From positions 12,103 to 76,102 of the forward strand of contig NZ_DASWKA010000030.1 of NCBI RefSeq assembly GCF_036396855.1: a stretch of DNA of 64,000 nucleotides, read 5' to 3'. The notes beneath the pieces were generated by a model. It saw only the letters and a program-made list of their open reading frames with translations. It did no database searches and was not told the origin of the DNA. Of the stretch, positions 1 to 9,062 are shown piece after piece. The translations under genes and the position numbers were made by a program. The stretch's first letter is position 1. Every line of letters starts with the position of its first letter. The DNA comes from Candidatus Deferrimicrobium sp. (GTDB lineage: Bacteria; Desulfobacterota; Deferrimicrobia; Deferrimicrobiales; Deferrimicrobiaceae).

Positions 1-460
1 GGGGGGAGATGATCGTGATCTTTCCCTGGACCCGTTCGTCGAAGATGAAGTTCCTCTTCGTCTGCTCGCTCATGAACTTGATGAGGACCGCCAGATCGAC
101 GTCGGTGAAGTCCATCGACAGGTAGACCGGAGGAGATACCGGGGGCGCCGGAGCCGCTGCGGGAGGCGTCTCGGGAGCGGTCGCGGGCGCCGGAGCCTCC
201 GCGGGGGGCGTCTCGGGAGCGGTCGCTGGCGCCGGAACCTCCGGGGAGAGTGTCTCGGGAGCGGTCGCAGGCGCCGGAGCCTCCGCGGGGGGCGTCTCGG
301 GAGCGGTCGCGGGCGCCGGAGCCTCCGGGGGGAGTGGTTCGGGAGCGGTCGCGGGCGCCGGAGCCTCCGCGGGGGCGACGTTGTCCGAAGGCGCCTCGGC
401 AGCGTATGCGGCGGGCCCGAAGGCGATGAGGCCGGCGATCAGCACGACAGGAATTCGCAT
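1..460 (-). CDS. gspD: Type II secretion secretin GspD, N-terminal part (gene runs off the window start)
   Basis: Absent from the ORF track because no stop lies in the window. ATG at 460-458 is preceded by GGAG. Translation gives MRIPVVLIAGLIAFGPAAYA (signal peptide), then 14-aa Pro/Ala/Thr repeats, then SMDFTDVDLAVLIKFMSEQTKRNFIFDERVQGKITIISP, a secretin N0-type motif. It lies directly downstream of gspC. Confidence 0.75.
   Translation of the reverse strand, partial: MRIPVVLIAGLIAFGPAAYAAEAPSDNVAPAEAPAPATAPEPLPPEAPAPATAPETPPAEAPAPATAPETLSPEVPAPATAPETPPAEAPAPATAPETPPAAAPAPPVSPPVYLSMDFTDVDLAVLIKFMSEQTKRNFIFDERVQGKITIISP
145..378. repeat. 42-bp tandem repeat, about 5.5 copies, in frame inside gspD
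   Basis: Units gcgccggagcctccgcggggggcgtctcgggagcggtcgcgg start at 145, 187, 229, 271, 313 and 355 (last one partial). On the minus strand they encode APAPATAPETPPAE-like units. Confidence 0.9.
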
Positions 461-474
461 GGGAATCTCCCGGA

Positions 475-1392
475 TCATCGGATTTCGTACGTCAGCGTGT
501 TCTTTTGCCCTTGACGAAGGATGTTTACCGTCACCTTCTTCTCATCCTTCAGGTTCTGGAAGATGGTGTAGAGCTTCTCGGGGGAGGATACGTCCAGACC
601 GTTCACCTGCTGGAGGACGTCCCCTCCCTGGAACCCGAGCTGTTCGAAGGTGGTGCCCGGGCGGATGGCGGCGATCCGGTACCCGGCCGACTTGTTTCCT
701 TCGAAAAACGGGATCAGGCGGACCTGGGTCATGTATTGGTTGATGTTGGTGGTCAGTTGCGTCACACCCTCCTCGTCGATGGAGAACCGGTTGTCCGCAA
801 GGCGTTCCACGCGGATGCCTCCCGCCGGAGGGGAGGAGGTCCCGGCGGCCTGGGGCGCACCGGGGGCCACGCTCCTCGTCTCCGCGGCGGGTGGGGGGGA
901 AAGGGACGCGCGCGTTCTGCTGCCCACCGGAAGGATCTCGAGCATCTCGCGCTCGCCGCCCCGGGTGAGCCACACCTTGGCCCGCTCGACGGAGGAAAGG
1001 AACGCCCCGGGCTCGACCTCCTCCTTTTCACGGAACGCCTTCGGCTCCTTCATCCCGGTCGCCCACAGGATCGCGCGCCGGGAGGCCGGGTTGGAGGAGA
1101 CGATCGTCCCGACGAGGACGAACGCCGTGCGCGGCCCCTGGGCAACGGATTGCACGTTACCTCCGGGGAGCCGGGACGGCAATTTCATCCCCTGCGAGGG
1201 GGCGAACAGGTTGGTCCACTGCTCCGGCGTCGTCGCCGGGACGGCTTGCGCCGCGGGAACGGCCGCGGCCCGCGACGCGGCCTTCGGGGCATACGCGCGC
1301 AAGGAGAGGTAGCTCGACAGCGTCATGCCGAGGGAACCCGCCGCCACGACGATAGAAATTCCCAATACCGCAAAATATTCCGGCTTTCGCAT
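475..1392 (-). CDS. gspC: Type II secretion protein GspC-like with C-terminal PDZ domain
   Basis: 305-aa ORF with an N-terminal TM helix (YFAVLGISIVVAAGSLGMTL) and a GspC-type core (FVLVGTIVSSNPASRRAILW...EVEPGAFL). The C-terminal PDZ-like segment reads GYRIAAIRPGTTFEQLGFQGGDVLQQVNGLDV. It sits immediately upstream of gspD. Confidence 0.7.
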   Translation of the reverse strand: MRKPEYFAVLGISIVVAAGSLGMTLSSYLSLRAYAPKAASRAAAVPAAQAVPATTPEQWTNLFAPSQGMKLPSRLPGGNVQSVAQGPRTAFVLVGTIVSSNPASRRAILWATGMKEPKAFREKEEVEPGAFLSSVERAKVWLTRGGEREMLEILPVGSRTRASLSPPPAAETRSVAPGAPQAAGTSSPPAGGIRVERLADNRFSIDEEGVTQLTTNINQYMTQVRLIPFFEGNKSAGYRIAAIRPGTTFEQLGFQGGDVLQQVNGLDVSSPEKLYTIFQNLKDEKKVTVNILRQGQKNTLTYEIR

Positions 1393-1468
1393 CCACTCCC
1401 CGGAAGGTCGGATATAAACATATATATTGGACGCATACTTGGTAGTTCGTCAACAGCGACGCTTCCCG

Positions 1469-2092
1469 TCACCGCCGATTCCCCCGGTTTTGACGGAGCT
1501 GGTATTGCCGGGTGAGGCGCCTCCCCTCCTCGTACCCGGTGGCGGTATCGGGGGAGGCCGGCCGCAAGGCTGCGGAGCCGACCGGGGAATCGGCTCCGGT
1601 CACCGCCGTGCCCCCGTGGCTTCCCAAAGGCAGGATCTCGAGTTTTTCTCTCTCGCTGCCGCGCGTGATCCAGGCCACGTCGCGCTCGACCGAGGCGAGG
1701 AACGCCCCGGGCTCGACCTCCTCCTTTTCACGGAACGCCTCCGGCGCCTTCATCCCGGTCGCCCACAGAATCGCGCGGCGGGAGACCGGGTTGGAGGAGA
1801 CGATCGTCCCCATGAGGACGAAATTCGAGCGCGACGCCAGGGGATCGGTCATCCCGTCCACCGCGGGGAGGCGGGACGCCAGTTTCATCCCGGCCCCGGG
1901 GGCGAAGAGGTTGTTCCATTCCTCCGGCGGCGCGGCGGGTCCGGCGGGTCCGGCGGGGGTCGCGGCCACCTGGGCCGGGGCCTTCGGGGAGTACGCGATC
2001 AGGCCGAGGAAGCTCGTCAGGATGACGCCGAGCGAAACGGCCGCCACGATGATGGAAAACCCCAATACGGCCAGGAAGACCGGCTTCCGCAT
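1469..2092 (-). CDS. GspC-like paralog lacking the PDZ domain
   Basis: ORF 1469..2122. The likely start is MRKPVFLAVLG at 2092, parallel to the MRKPEYFAVLG start of the neighbour. It shares the TM helix and the FVLMGTIVSSNPVSRRAILWATGMK..FREKEEVEPGAFL core but has no PDZ segment. Confidence 0.6.
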   Translation of the reverse strand: MRKPVFLAVLGFSIIVAAVSLGVILTSFLGLIAYSPKAPAQVAATPAGPAGPAAPPEEWNNLFAPGAGMKLASRLPAVDGMTDPLASRSNFVLMGTIVSSNPVSRRAILWATGMKAPEAFREKEEVEPGAFLASVERDVAWITRGSEREKLEILPLGSHGGTAVTGADSPVGSAALRPASPDTATGYEEGRRLTRQYQLRQNRGNRR

Positions 2093-2203
2093 GCATCCCC
2101 CGGGAAACAGAATGTGAGCCATTCTTCATATTGAACGCATTTCCCGGATCCCGTCAACAACCCCGGAACCCGGACGTTCATCACGCGCCGATGATCCGGT
2201 ATA

Positions 2204-3928
2204 ATGGGCACCGCCATGAGTGACCCGACCCTTCGCCCCAAAGGATCCGGAGCACGGGATCCCGTCGACTTCCTCCGGGGGATCGTCCGGCGCGACACCG
2301 AATCCGGCGTCTACGGCGGCCGGGTGGCGACGCGCTTCCCCCCCGAGCCGAACGGCTTCCTGCACATCGGCCACGCCAAGTCGATCTGCATCAACTTCGG
2401 CATCGCCGCGGAGTTCGGCGGCGTCTGCCACATGCGGTTCGACGACACGAACCCGGAAACCGAGGACATGAAATACGTCGAATCGATCCGGCGCGACGTG
2501 CGCTGGCTCGGGTTCGACTGGAAAGAGAATCTCTTCTTCGCGTCGGATTATTACGAACAGCTCTACGAACTGGCGGTCCGCCTGATCCGGGACGGGAAGG
2601 CGTACGTGGACAGCCAGAACGACGAGGGGATCCGGAGGGGCCGCGGCACGATCACGGAGCCGGGCGTCCACAGCCCGTACCGGGACCGCGCGGTGGAGGA
2701 GAACCTCGACCTCTTCGCCCGCATGAAGGCGGGGGAGTTCCCCGACGGGGCGCACGTCCTGCGCGCGAAGATCGATATGGCGGCGCGGAACATGAAGCTG
2801 CGCGACCCGCTGCTCTACCGGATCCGCCACGCCGCGCACTATCGCCGCGGCGACGCCTGGTGCCTCTACCCGATGTACGATTTCGCCCATCCGCTCTCCG
2901 ACGCGATCGAGGGGATCACGCACTCGATCTGCACGCTCGAGTTCGAGAACAACCGGGCGATCTACGACTGGCTCGTCGACAACCTGTTCCCGGAACCTCG
3001 TCCCCGGCAATACGAGTTCGCGCGCCTGAACCTCGACTATACGGTGATGAGCAAGCGGAAGCTTCTCCAGCTGGTGGAGGAGGGACTCGTCTCCGGCTGG
3101 GACGATCCCCGGATGCCGACGATCGCCGGGATGCGCCGCCGCGGCTACGCGCCGGAAGGGATCAGGCTCTTTGCCGCGCGCATCGGCGTGGACAAGTCGA
3201 ACAGCCGCGTCAGCATGGAACTGCTCGAGGACGCGATCCGGGACGATCTGAACGCCCGGTCGCCGCGCGCGATGGCCGTCCTGCGCCCCCTCAAGGCGAC
3301 GATCACGAACTGGCCGGACAACCGGGTGGAAGAACTGGAGATCGCGCTTTGGCCGAAGGATGCCGGGAAGGAGGGGACGCGCACGGTCCCCCTGGCGCGC
3401 GAGATCCTCATCGAGCGCACCGATTTCTCCGTCGATCCGCCGGCCGACTGGCGCCGCCTGCGCCCGGGCGGCGAAGCGCGGCTCATGGGCGGCTACTTCC
3501 TCCGGTGCGACGAGGTTTTTCGCGACCCGGCCACCGGCGAGGTGTCGGAGCTCCTCTGCTCGTACGACCCCGAGTCTCTCGGCGCGCCGGCCAGGGGCGA
3601 GCGGAAGAAATCGACCGCGATCCAATGGGTGTCCGCTGCGCATGCGGTATCGGCCGAGGTCCGCCTGTACGACCGCCTGTTCACCGTCGCCGATCCCGAG
3701 AACGTGGAAGAGGGGAAGACGTTCAAGGAGTTCCTGAACCCGGCCTCGGTGGAGGTGCTGCGGGGATCCCTTGTCGAACCCGCTCTCGCGTCCGCCTCGC
3801 CCGGGGACCGTTTCCAGTTCGTCCGCAACGGCTACTTCATCGCCGACGAGGCCGATTCGAAGCCCGGCGCGCCGGTTTTCAACCGCATCGTCGGCCTGAA
3901 GGACAAGTACCGCCCCAAAGGGTATTGA
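2204..3928 (+). CDS. glnS: Glutamine--tRNA ligase
   Basis: 574-aa ORF with class I motifs FPPEPNGFLHIGHAK and VMSKRKL, and GlnRS-type architecture. An alternative ATG lies at 2216. Confidence 0.95.
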   Translation: MGTAMSDPTLRPKGSGARDPVDFLRGIVRRDTESGVYGGRVATRFPPEPNGFLHIGHAKSICINFGIAAEFGGVCHMRFDDTNPETEDMKYVESIRRDVRWLGFDWKENLFFASDYYEQLYELAVRLIRDGKAYVDSQNDEGIRRGRGTITEPGVHSPYRDRAVEENLDLFARMKAGEFPDGAHVLRAKIDMAARNMKLRDPLLYRIRHAAHYRRGDAWCLYPMYDFAHPLSDAIEGITHSICTLEFENNRAIYDWLVDNLFPEPRPRQYEFARLNLDYTVMSKRKLLQLVEEGLVSGWDDPRMPTIAGMRRRGYAPEGIRLFAARIGVDKSNSRVSMELLEDAIRDDLNARSPRAMAVLRPLKATITNWPDNRVEELEIALWPKDAGKEGTRTVPLAREILIERTDFSVDPPADWRRLRPGGEARLMGGYFLRCDEVFRDPATGEVSELLCSYDPESLGAPARGERKKSTAIQWVSAAHAVSAEVRLYDRLFTVADPENVEEGKTFKEFLNPASVEVLRGSLVEPALASASPGDRFQFVRNGYFIADEADSKPGAPVFNRIVGLKDKYRPKGY

Positions 3929-3949
3929 CGTACATGGACGGAACAATTA

Positions 3950-4045
3950 CGATAGGCCTACTAGCCGGGGTGCTCGTTCCTACAGGGGCGGGCTGAGATC
4001 ACACCCGTTGAACCTGATCCGGATAATGCCGGCGCAGGAAGACAA
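3950..4045 (+). promoter_or_regulatory. TPP (THI-box) riboswitch aptamer
   Basis: ctagccggggtgc...ggctgagatcacacccgttgaacctgatccggataatgccggcgcaggaag matches the conserved THI-box segments (GGGGUGC, CUGAGA, ACCC-UUGAACCUGAUC-GGAUAAUGCC-GCG-AGGAA). It lies directly 5' of thiS. Confidence 0.85.
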
Positions 4046-4051
4046 CGAGAT

Positions 4052-4087
4052 GCGCGCTCGGTGAAAAACCTGGCGCGTTTTTTTATT
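4052..4087 (+). terminator. Intrinsic terminator, the riboswitch expression platform
   Basis: GC stem gcgcgc(4052-4057)/ggcgcg(4072-4077) is followed by a run of seven T (4078-4084), immediately upstream of the thiS RBS. Confidence 0.6.
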
Positions 4088-4103
4088 GTTCGGAGGGGCG
4101 GGC

Positions 4104-4304
4104 GTGAATCTGATCGTCAACGGCGAGGCGTACGAGGCGGAGCGGCTCGAATCCGTGACGGCGCTGCTCGAGGAGATGGGTGTCGGCGGCCGGCCGGTGG
4201 TCGTCGTCCTGAACGATGAAGTGGTCCCCGCTTCCTCGTGGGGCGCGTGCGGGTTGCGGGAGGGCGATCGCGTGGAGTTGTTCCGCCTCGTCGGCGGCGG
4301 ATGA
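4104..4304 (+). CDS. thiS: Sulfur carrier protein ThiS
   Basis: ORF 4086..4304. GTG at 4104 follows GGAGGGG. The small ubiquitin-like protein ends in ...ELFRLVGGG (C-terminal GG) and is followed by thiG. Confidence 0.85.
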   Translation: MNLIVNGEAYEAERLESVTALLEEMGVGGRPVVVVLNDEVVPASSWGACGLREGDRVELFRLVGGG

Positions 4305-4323
4305 TCGCCGGGAGGGGGGAGGC

Positions 4324-5157
4324 ATGAATCGGGAACCCGGAGGGGAAGAGATGGAGGGTCAAGACAGGGTACCGGATGAGTGGAGCGTCGGGGGGCACCG
4401 GTTCTCCTCGCGGCTCCTGATGGGGACCGGCAAGTTCCAGGATGCGGAAACCATGGTGGGGGCCGTCCTGGCCTCGGGGGCGCAGATCGTCACGGTGGCG
4501 CTGCGCCGCGTCGGCCGCAATCCACGGGAAGACGACATGCTCGGTCCGCTGGGAGAGCTGAAGGGGATCACCCTGATGCCGAACACCTCCGGGGCGCGGA
4601 ACGCGTCGGAGGCGATTCGAGCGGCGCGCCTCGGGAGGGAAATCTGCGGGAGCCCCTTCGTCAAGGTCGAGATCCACCCCAACCCGCACCATCTCATGCC
4701 CGACCCGATCGAGACGTTCGAGGCCGCAAGGGTCCTCGCCGCGGAAGGATTCGTGGTGATGCCGTACATGCCGGCCGACCCGGTCCTCGCCAAGCGGCTG
4801 GAGGACGTCGGGTGCGCGTCGCTGATGCCGCTCGGTTCCGCGATCGGAAGCGGGCGCGGGCTGGCCACGGCCGAGATGCTGCGGCTCATCCTTCGCGAGG
4901 CACGGATCCCCGTGATCGTCGACGCGGGCCTCCGTTCCCCTTCGGAAGCCGCCGCCGCCCTCGAGATGGGGTGCGACGCGGTCCTCGTGAACAGCGCCGT
5001 GGCGGCGTCCGGCGACCCGATCGCCATGGCATCGGCGTTCGCGCGGGCGGTCGGGGCGGGCCGGGACGCGCACCGGGCCGGCCTCATGCCGCAGGGCGGC
5101 GGCACCGCGCTGGCGACAAGCCCCCTGACGACGTTCCTTTCCGGGGAGGGTTCATGA
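4324..5157 (+). CDS. thiG: Thiazole synthase ThiG
   Basis: ORF 4216..5157 with ATG at 4324. Motifs [19 protein letters not shown] and VIVDAGL..PSEAA are typical of ThiG. Confidence 0.9.
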   Translation: MNREPGGEEMEGQDRVPDEWSVGGHRFSSRLLMGTGKFQDAETMVGAVLASGAQIVTVALRRVGRNPREDDMLGPLGELKGITLMPNTSGARNASEAIRAARLGREICGSPFVKVEIHPNPHHLMPDPIETFEAARVLAAEGFVVMPYMPADPVLAKRLEDVGCASLMPLGSAIGSGRGLATAEMLRLILREARIPVIVDAGLRSPSEAAAALEMGCDAVLVNSAVAASGDPIAMASAFARAVGAGRDAHRAGLMPQGGGTALATSPLTTFLSGEGS

Positions 5158-6290
5158 CACCGGAAGCGCGGATGCCCGCGTGGCTGGATCCATCGCCGTG
5201 GCTCGACGGAAAGGAGGCGACGCCCACGGACGTGGAACAGGCGCTCGGGTGCGATGCGCCCGGCGTGCGGGAACTCGCCGCGCTCCTTTCCCCGGCGGCG
5301 CATCCCTTCATGGAAACCATGGCGCAGCGCGCCCGCGCCCTGACGCAACGCCACTTCGGGCGAACCATCTCCATGTACGCGCCGCTCTACCTGGCCAACT
5401 ACTGCACGAACGGCTGCGCGTACTGCGGCTTCGCCTCCGATCGGGTCCAGCCCAGGCACCGCCTCGAGCCTCCGGAGGCGGAGGAGGAACTGGCGATGCT
5501 GAAGGAGATGGGGTTCGAGGAGGTTCTTCTGCTCACCGGGGAGCGCACTTCCCACGCCGGCTTCGATTACCTTCTCGAATGCGTGTCGCTGGCGGCGCGG
5601 CGGTTCCACGCCGTCGGGGTCGAGGCCTTTCCCATGACTACCCGGGAGTACGCCCTCCTGGCCGAAGCGGGCTGTTCCGGGGTGACGTTGTACCAGGAAA
5701 CGTACGATCCGCGCCAGTACGACCGACTCCACCGCTGGGGCCCGAAGAAGGATTACCTGGACCGGCTGGATGCGCCCGCCCGGGCGATGGAAGCGGGGAT
5801 CCGGACCGTTGGCCTGGGGGTGCTCCTCGGACTGTCGGATCCGGCCTTCGACGCCCTCTGCCTGCTGCGCCACGCGGAGCATCTGCGGCGGAATCATTGG
5901 AAGTCGGGGATCACGCTCTCGTTCCCCCGCCTGCGGCCCCAGTCGGGGAATTTCTCGGCGATGTTCCCCGTCGACGAGGCGTGGCTGGCGCGTCTGGTGT
6001 TCGCGGTCCGGATCGTTCTCCCGGATGTCCCGCTCCTCCTTTCGACGCGGGAACGGCCGGAATTCCGGGACGGCATGGCCGGGCTCGGGATTTCGAAGAT
6101 GAGCGCGGGAAGCCGCACGAGCGTCGGCGGCTACGGCGAGGCGGAGCCGGCGACCGAAGGCCAGTTCCAGGTCAGCGACAAGCGCAGCGTGCCGGAATTC
6201 TGCTCCATGCTGCGGAACCGGGGTCTGGAGCCGGTATTCAAGAACTGGGACAGCGTGTTCCGGGACGCGGATGGAGGCGGGCATGGATGA
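5154..6290 (+). CDS. thiH: 2-iminoacetate synthase ThiH (radical SAM)
   Basis: ATG at 5154 overlaps the thiG stop (ATGA). It carries the radical-SAM CxxxCxxC motif ([10 protein letters not shown]) and ThiH-like length and context. The upstream part of ORF 4380..6290 is an out-of-frame overlap with thiG. Confidence 0.9.
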   Translation: MTPEARMPAWLDPSPWLDGKEATPTDVEQALGCDAPGVRELAALLSPAAHPFMETMAQRARALTQRHFGRTISMYAPLYLANYCTNGCAYCGFASDRVQPRHRLEPPEAEEELAMLKEMGFEEVLLLTGERTSHAGFDYLLECVSLAARRFHAVGVEAFPMTTREYALLAEAGCSGVTLYQETYDPRQYDRLHRWGPKKDYLDRLDAPARAMEAGIRTVGLGVLLGLSDPAFDALCLLRHAEHLRRNHWKSGITLSFPRLRPQSGNFSAMFPVDEAWLARLVFAVRIVLPDVPLLLSTRERPEFRDGMAGLGISKMSAGSRTSVGGYGEAEPATEGQFQVSDKRSVPEFCSMLRNRGLEPVFKNWDSVFRDADGGGHG

Positions 6291-6924
6291 CGCGTTCGGG
6301 CTTTATCTCGTCATGACCGACCCGGTGGTCGGATACGAGGCGTGCGCGGAAGCGGCGGTCCGGTGCGGCGTTCGGTATCTCCAGCTCCGGATGAAGGGGG
6401 CGCCCCCGGATGCCGTTCTCCAAACCGCCCTGCGCGTGCGCGAGATCACCCTCGGCAGCGACACCCTGTTCATCGTCAACGACGACGTGACGATCGCGCG
6501 CGATGCGGACGCCGACGGGGTCCACCTCGGTCAGCACGACCTGCCGATCGCCGAGGCGCGGCGCCTGTGGACCGCGCCGGGCAAGCGTTTCGGCCTTTCG
6601 ACGCACAATGAGCGGGAGGCGCTCATCGCGTCGCGCCTGTCGCCCGATTACATCGGGGTCGGACCGGTGTTCGCCACCCCGACCAAGGCGATCCCCGACC
6701 CGGTCCTCGGCACCGACCGGATGGGATCGATCATCCGATCGGTCCCGGTGCCGGCCGTCGCCCTTGGCGGGATCGACCTCGGGAATCTCGCGGAGGTCCT
6801 CCGCAGCGGCGCCCGGAACTTCTGCGTCGTGCGCGCGGTCACCCGCCGCCCGGATCCGGAGACCGCGATCCGGGAGTTGCAGGAGATCTGGCGGCAGGAA
6901 ACGGGAGCCGGCCTGGAGATTTGA
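6283..6924 (+). CDS. thiE: Thiamine-phosphate synthase ThiE
   Basis: ORF 6271..6924. ATG at 6283 has a GGAGG 5 nt upstream. Motifs LYLVMTD, YLQLRMK, DGVHLGQ and GVGPVFATPTK are present. Confidence 0.9.
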   Translation: MDDAFGLYLVMTDPVVGYEACAEAAVRCGVRYLQLRMKGAPPDAVLQTALRVREITLGSDTLFIVNDDVTIARDADADGVHLGQHDLPIAEARRLWTAPGKRFGLSTHNEREALIASRLSPDYIGVGPVFATPTKAIPDPVLGTDRMGSIIRSVPVPAVALGGIDLGNLAEVLRSGARNFCVVRAVTRRPDPETAIRELQEIWRQETGAGLEI

Positions 6925-6949
6925 AATCTTGTCGCGGGTTTGTTTTTCG

Positions 6950-6995
6950 TTGAACAAAGTACGCAAGTTTCTCCCCTCTCTCACCGATATTGAAT
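6950..6995 (+). promoter_or_regulatory. Conserved upstream element L1 (TTGAAC-AAAGTACGCAAGTT-N14-CCGATATTGAAT)
   Basis: A 46-bp element 33 bp upstream of the histidine kinase start. It recurs with the same spacing at 10543-10588. Confidence 0.5.
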
Positions 6996-7027
6996 CCGAA
7001 GGCAACCCATTCAGCGAGAGGATCCCG

Positions 7028-8938
7028 ATGGACCGGACAGCCGACAAACGCGCCTTCCGCAGCCCCGGCGCCTCCAAGGAGGAGCGAAAACGGCTTCGTG
7101 CCGTTTTCGACCTTTCCGGCGACGCCATCTTCCTCATCGACGGAGGGGGGCGTTTCCTCGATGTCAACCAGGTCGCCTGCGAACGCTACGGCTATGCCCG
7201 GGACGAGATGCTGCGGCGGCACGCGGGCGATTTAAACGTCCCGGAGCATGCCCCGCACTACGAGGGTCGGATGGCAACGCTCCGACGCGACGGCGCCGTC
7301 ATCTTCGAGACGGTGCACCAGGCGAAGGACGGCCGGCGTATCCCCACGGAAATCAGCTCGAGGCTCATCCGCGGGGGAGGCCCGGACTTCATCATCAGCG
7401 TCTGCCGGGACATTACGGAGAGGGTGAAGGCGGAGGAGGAGCAGCAGATCTTCAAGTCCCTCGTTGAGAACAGCACCGATCTCATCGGGATCGCCTCGCT
7501 GGACGGGAAGGTCTTCTACCTGAACAAGGCCGGCCTGAAGCTCGTCGGTCTGGACAGCCTGGGAGAAGAACGGAGAAGGAGGATTCAGGACTTCGCCCTG
7601 GAAAAGCACTTTAAACCGTTGCAGGAGATGCTTGCGTCTCTCTCGAAAGAGGGGACGTGGAAGGGCGAGGCAAGGATTCGTGACTTCATTACGGGGACGC
7701 CGATTCCGGTCGAGATCCACGGGTTCGCCATCAGGGACGACAAGACCGGGCAGCCGATCGCCCTCGCGGCCATCGTTCGGGACATCTCGGAGCGGAAAAA
7801 ACTGGAAGAGGAGATGGCGAGGGGCGACAAGCTGAATTCGATCGGCATCCTTGCCGGGGGGATCGCACACGATTTCAACAACCTCCTGACGGCGATCTTC
7901 GGGAACATCACGCTGGCGAAGATGTACGCGAACCGCCGGAGCGAGGTGTACAAGCGGCTGGAGGAATCCGAGAAGGCGGCGGAACGGGCGAGAGACCTGA
8001 CCCACCAGCTGTTGACGTTTTCGAAGGGCGGAGCGCCCGTCAAGAGGACGATCTCTCTTCAGGAACTGGCGAAGGAGTCGGCGAACTTCGTCCTGCGGGG
8101 ATCCAACGTCAAGTGTGAGTTCTCGTTTCCCCCCGACCTTTGGCACGTGGAGGCGGACGAAGGACAGATCAGCCAGGTGCTCAACAACATCATCATCAAC
8201 GCCACCCATGCGATGCGCGAGGGGGGGACCGTGCAGATGCACTGCGGGAATGTGGTCGTCGAACAGAGCGACCCGCCGCTGGCGAAGGGCAAATACATTT
8301 TGATTTCCATCATGGATCACGGGACCGGGATCACGAAGAAGCACCTGTCGAAGATCTTCGATCCCTATTTCACGACGAAGAAGAAGGGCAGCGGTCTTGG
8401 GCTGTCGACCAGCTATTCCATCGTCAGGAGCCATGGCGGGCATATAACGGCCGAATCCTTCCCGGGGATCGGCACGACCTTCAAGATTTACCTGCCGGCC
8501 TCCGGGGAGGGAATGCTGCTCCCGTGCGCCGAAGACGCACTGTTTGTCACGGGGAAGGGGAGAATCCTGGTGATGGACGACGAGGAGGCGGTCCGGGATG
8601 TCGCCCGGGGCATGCTGGAGGCCCTCGGCTACTCGGTGACGCTTGCGAAAGACGGGACGGAAGCGATTGATTTCTATAAAGCGGCGATGGTGGACGGAGA
8701 GCCGTTCGATTCGGTGCTCATGGATCTTACGATACCGGGCGGCATGGGCGGCATGGAAGCGGTGAAGAGGATCCTTGAATTCGACTCGAAGGTGAAAGCG
8801 ATCGTTTGCAGCGGATATTCCAACGACACGATCATGGCGAACTACAACAGCTTCGGTTTCCGCGCCGTCGTTCCCAAACCTTACAGCCTGAAGCAATTAG
8901 GCGGAGCCATCAGCGAAGTCCTCTCAGCGCCGCAGTAA
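7028..8938 (+). CDS. Hybrid sensor histidine kinase (PAS-PAS-HisKA-HATPase-REC)
   Basis: ATG at 7028 with a GAGAGGA RBS, inside ORF 6503..8938. It has two PAS-like segments, an H-box GGIAHDFNNLL, N/G boxes (NNIIINATHAM, DHGTGI, GSGLGLS) and a C-terminal receiver (ILVMDDEE...LMDLTIPGGMGG). Confidence 0.9.
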   Translation: MDRTADKRAFRSPGASKEERKRLRAVFDLSGDAIFLIDGGGRFLDVNQVACERYGYARDEMLRRHAGDLNVPEHAPHYEGRMATLRRDGAVIFETVHQAKDGRRIPTEISSRLIRGGGPDFIISVCRDITERVKAEEEQQIFKSLVENSTDLIGIASLDGKVFYLNKAGLKLVGLDSLGEERRRRIQDFALEKHFKPLQEMLASLSKEGTWKGEARIRDFITGTPIPVEIHGFAIRDDKTGQPIALAAIVRDISERKKLEEEMARGDKLNSIGILAGGIAHDFNNLLTAIFGNITLAKMYANRRSEVYKRLEESEKAAERARDLTHQLLTFSKGGAPVKRTISLQELAKESANFVLRGSNVKCEFSFPPDLWHVEADEGQISQVLNNIIINATHAMREGGTVQMHCGNVVVEQSDPPLAKGKYILISIMDHGTGITKKHLSKIFDPYFTTKKKGSGLGLSTSYSIVRSHGGHITAESFPGIGTTFKIYLPASGEGMLLPCAEDALFVTGKGRILVMDDEEAVRDVARGMLEALGYSVTLAKDGTEAIDFYKAAMVDGEPFDSVLMDLTIPGGMGGMEAVKRILEFDSKVKAIVCSGYSNDTIMANYNSFGFRAVVPKPYSLKQLGGAISEVLSAPQ

Positions 8939-8988
8939 CCGCCACGAAGGAAAACGCCCCCTTCCGGGGGCGCGGACATTCGTGGCGG
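8939..8988. terminator. Compound GC hairpin between convergent genes
   Basis: Outer inverted repeat ccgccacgaa(8939-8948)/ttcgtggcgg(8979-8988) encloses cgccccc-ttcc-gggggcg (8955-8972). No clear U-tail. Confidence 0.45.
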
Positions 8989-9062
8989 TCCTGATGCACG
9001 TCCTCCTCCGGGACGGGTGCGGCCGATATGCTCCGCCAGGGTGCGCTTGACAGGCGCCCCAT

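Noticed and set aside
2200-2216. TATAAT at 2200-2205 just upstream of the second ATG of glnS (2216), which would suggest a leaderless glnS mRNA.
   Set aside because: The matching -35 is poor (TTCATC), and the hexamer overlaps the first possible start codon (2204). It cannot be decided from sequence alone.
2126-3946. 606-aa ORF antisense to glnS, and similar very long shadow ORFs at 36707..39841(-), 50855..54343(-), 56686..59643(-), 29562..31820(-) and 25991..27676(-).
   Set aside because: They lie opposite or out of frame to genes with unambiguous conserved motifs. Their translations are Arg/Pro/Gly/Asp-rich low-complexity strings, as expected from stop-codon depletion in GC-rich DNA. No recognisable domains.
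4380-5153. N-terminal 258 codons of ORF 4380..6290, which would give a 636-aa ThiH.
   Set aside because: This part overlaps thiG out of frame and is Arg/Gly-rich nonsense. ThiH homology begins at ATG 5154, which overlaps the thiG stop.
8979-8991. A 13-nt match (TTCGTGGCGGTCC) to the tRNA-Glu 3' end plus flank, which would be a fourth att remnant bracketing the rhodanese/carbonic-anhydrase pair.
   Set aside because: It is too short to separate from chance in GC-rich DNA. It also forms the right arm of a local inverted repeat (8939-8948/8979-8988), which explains it equally well.
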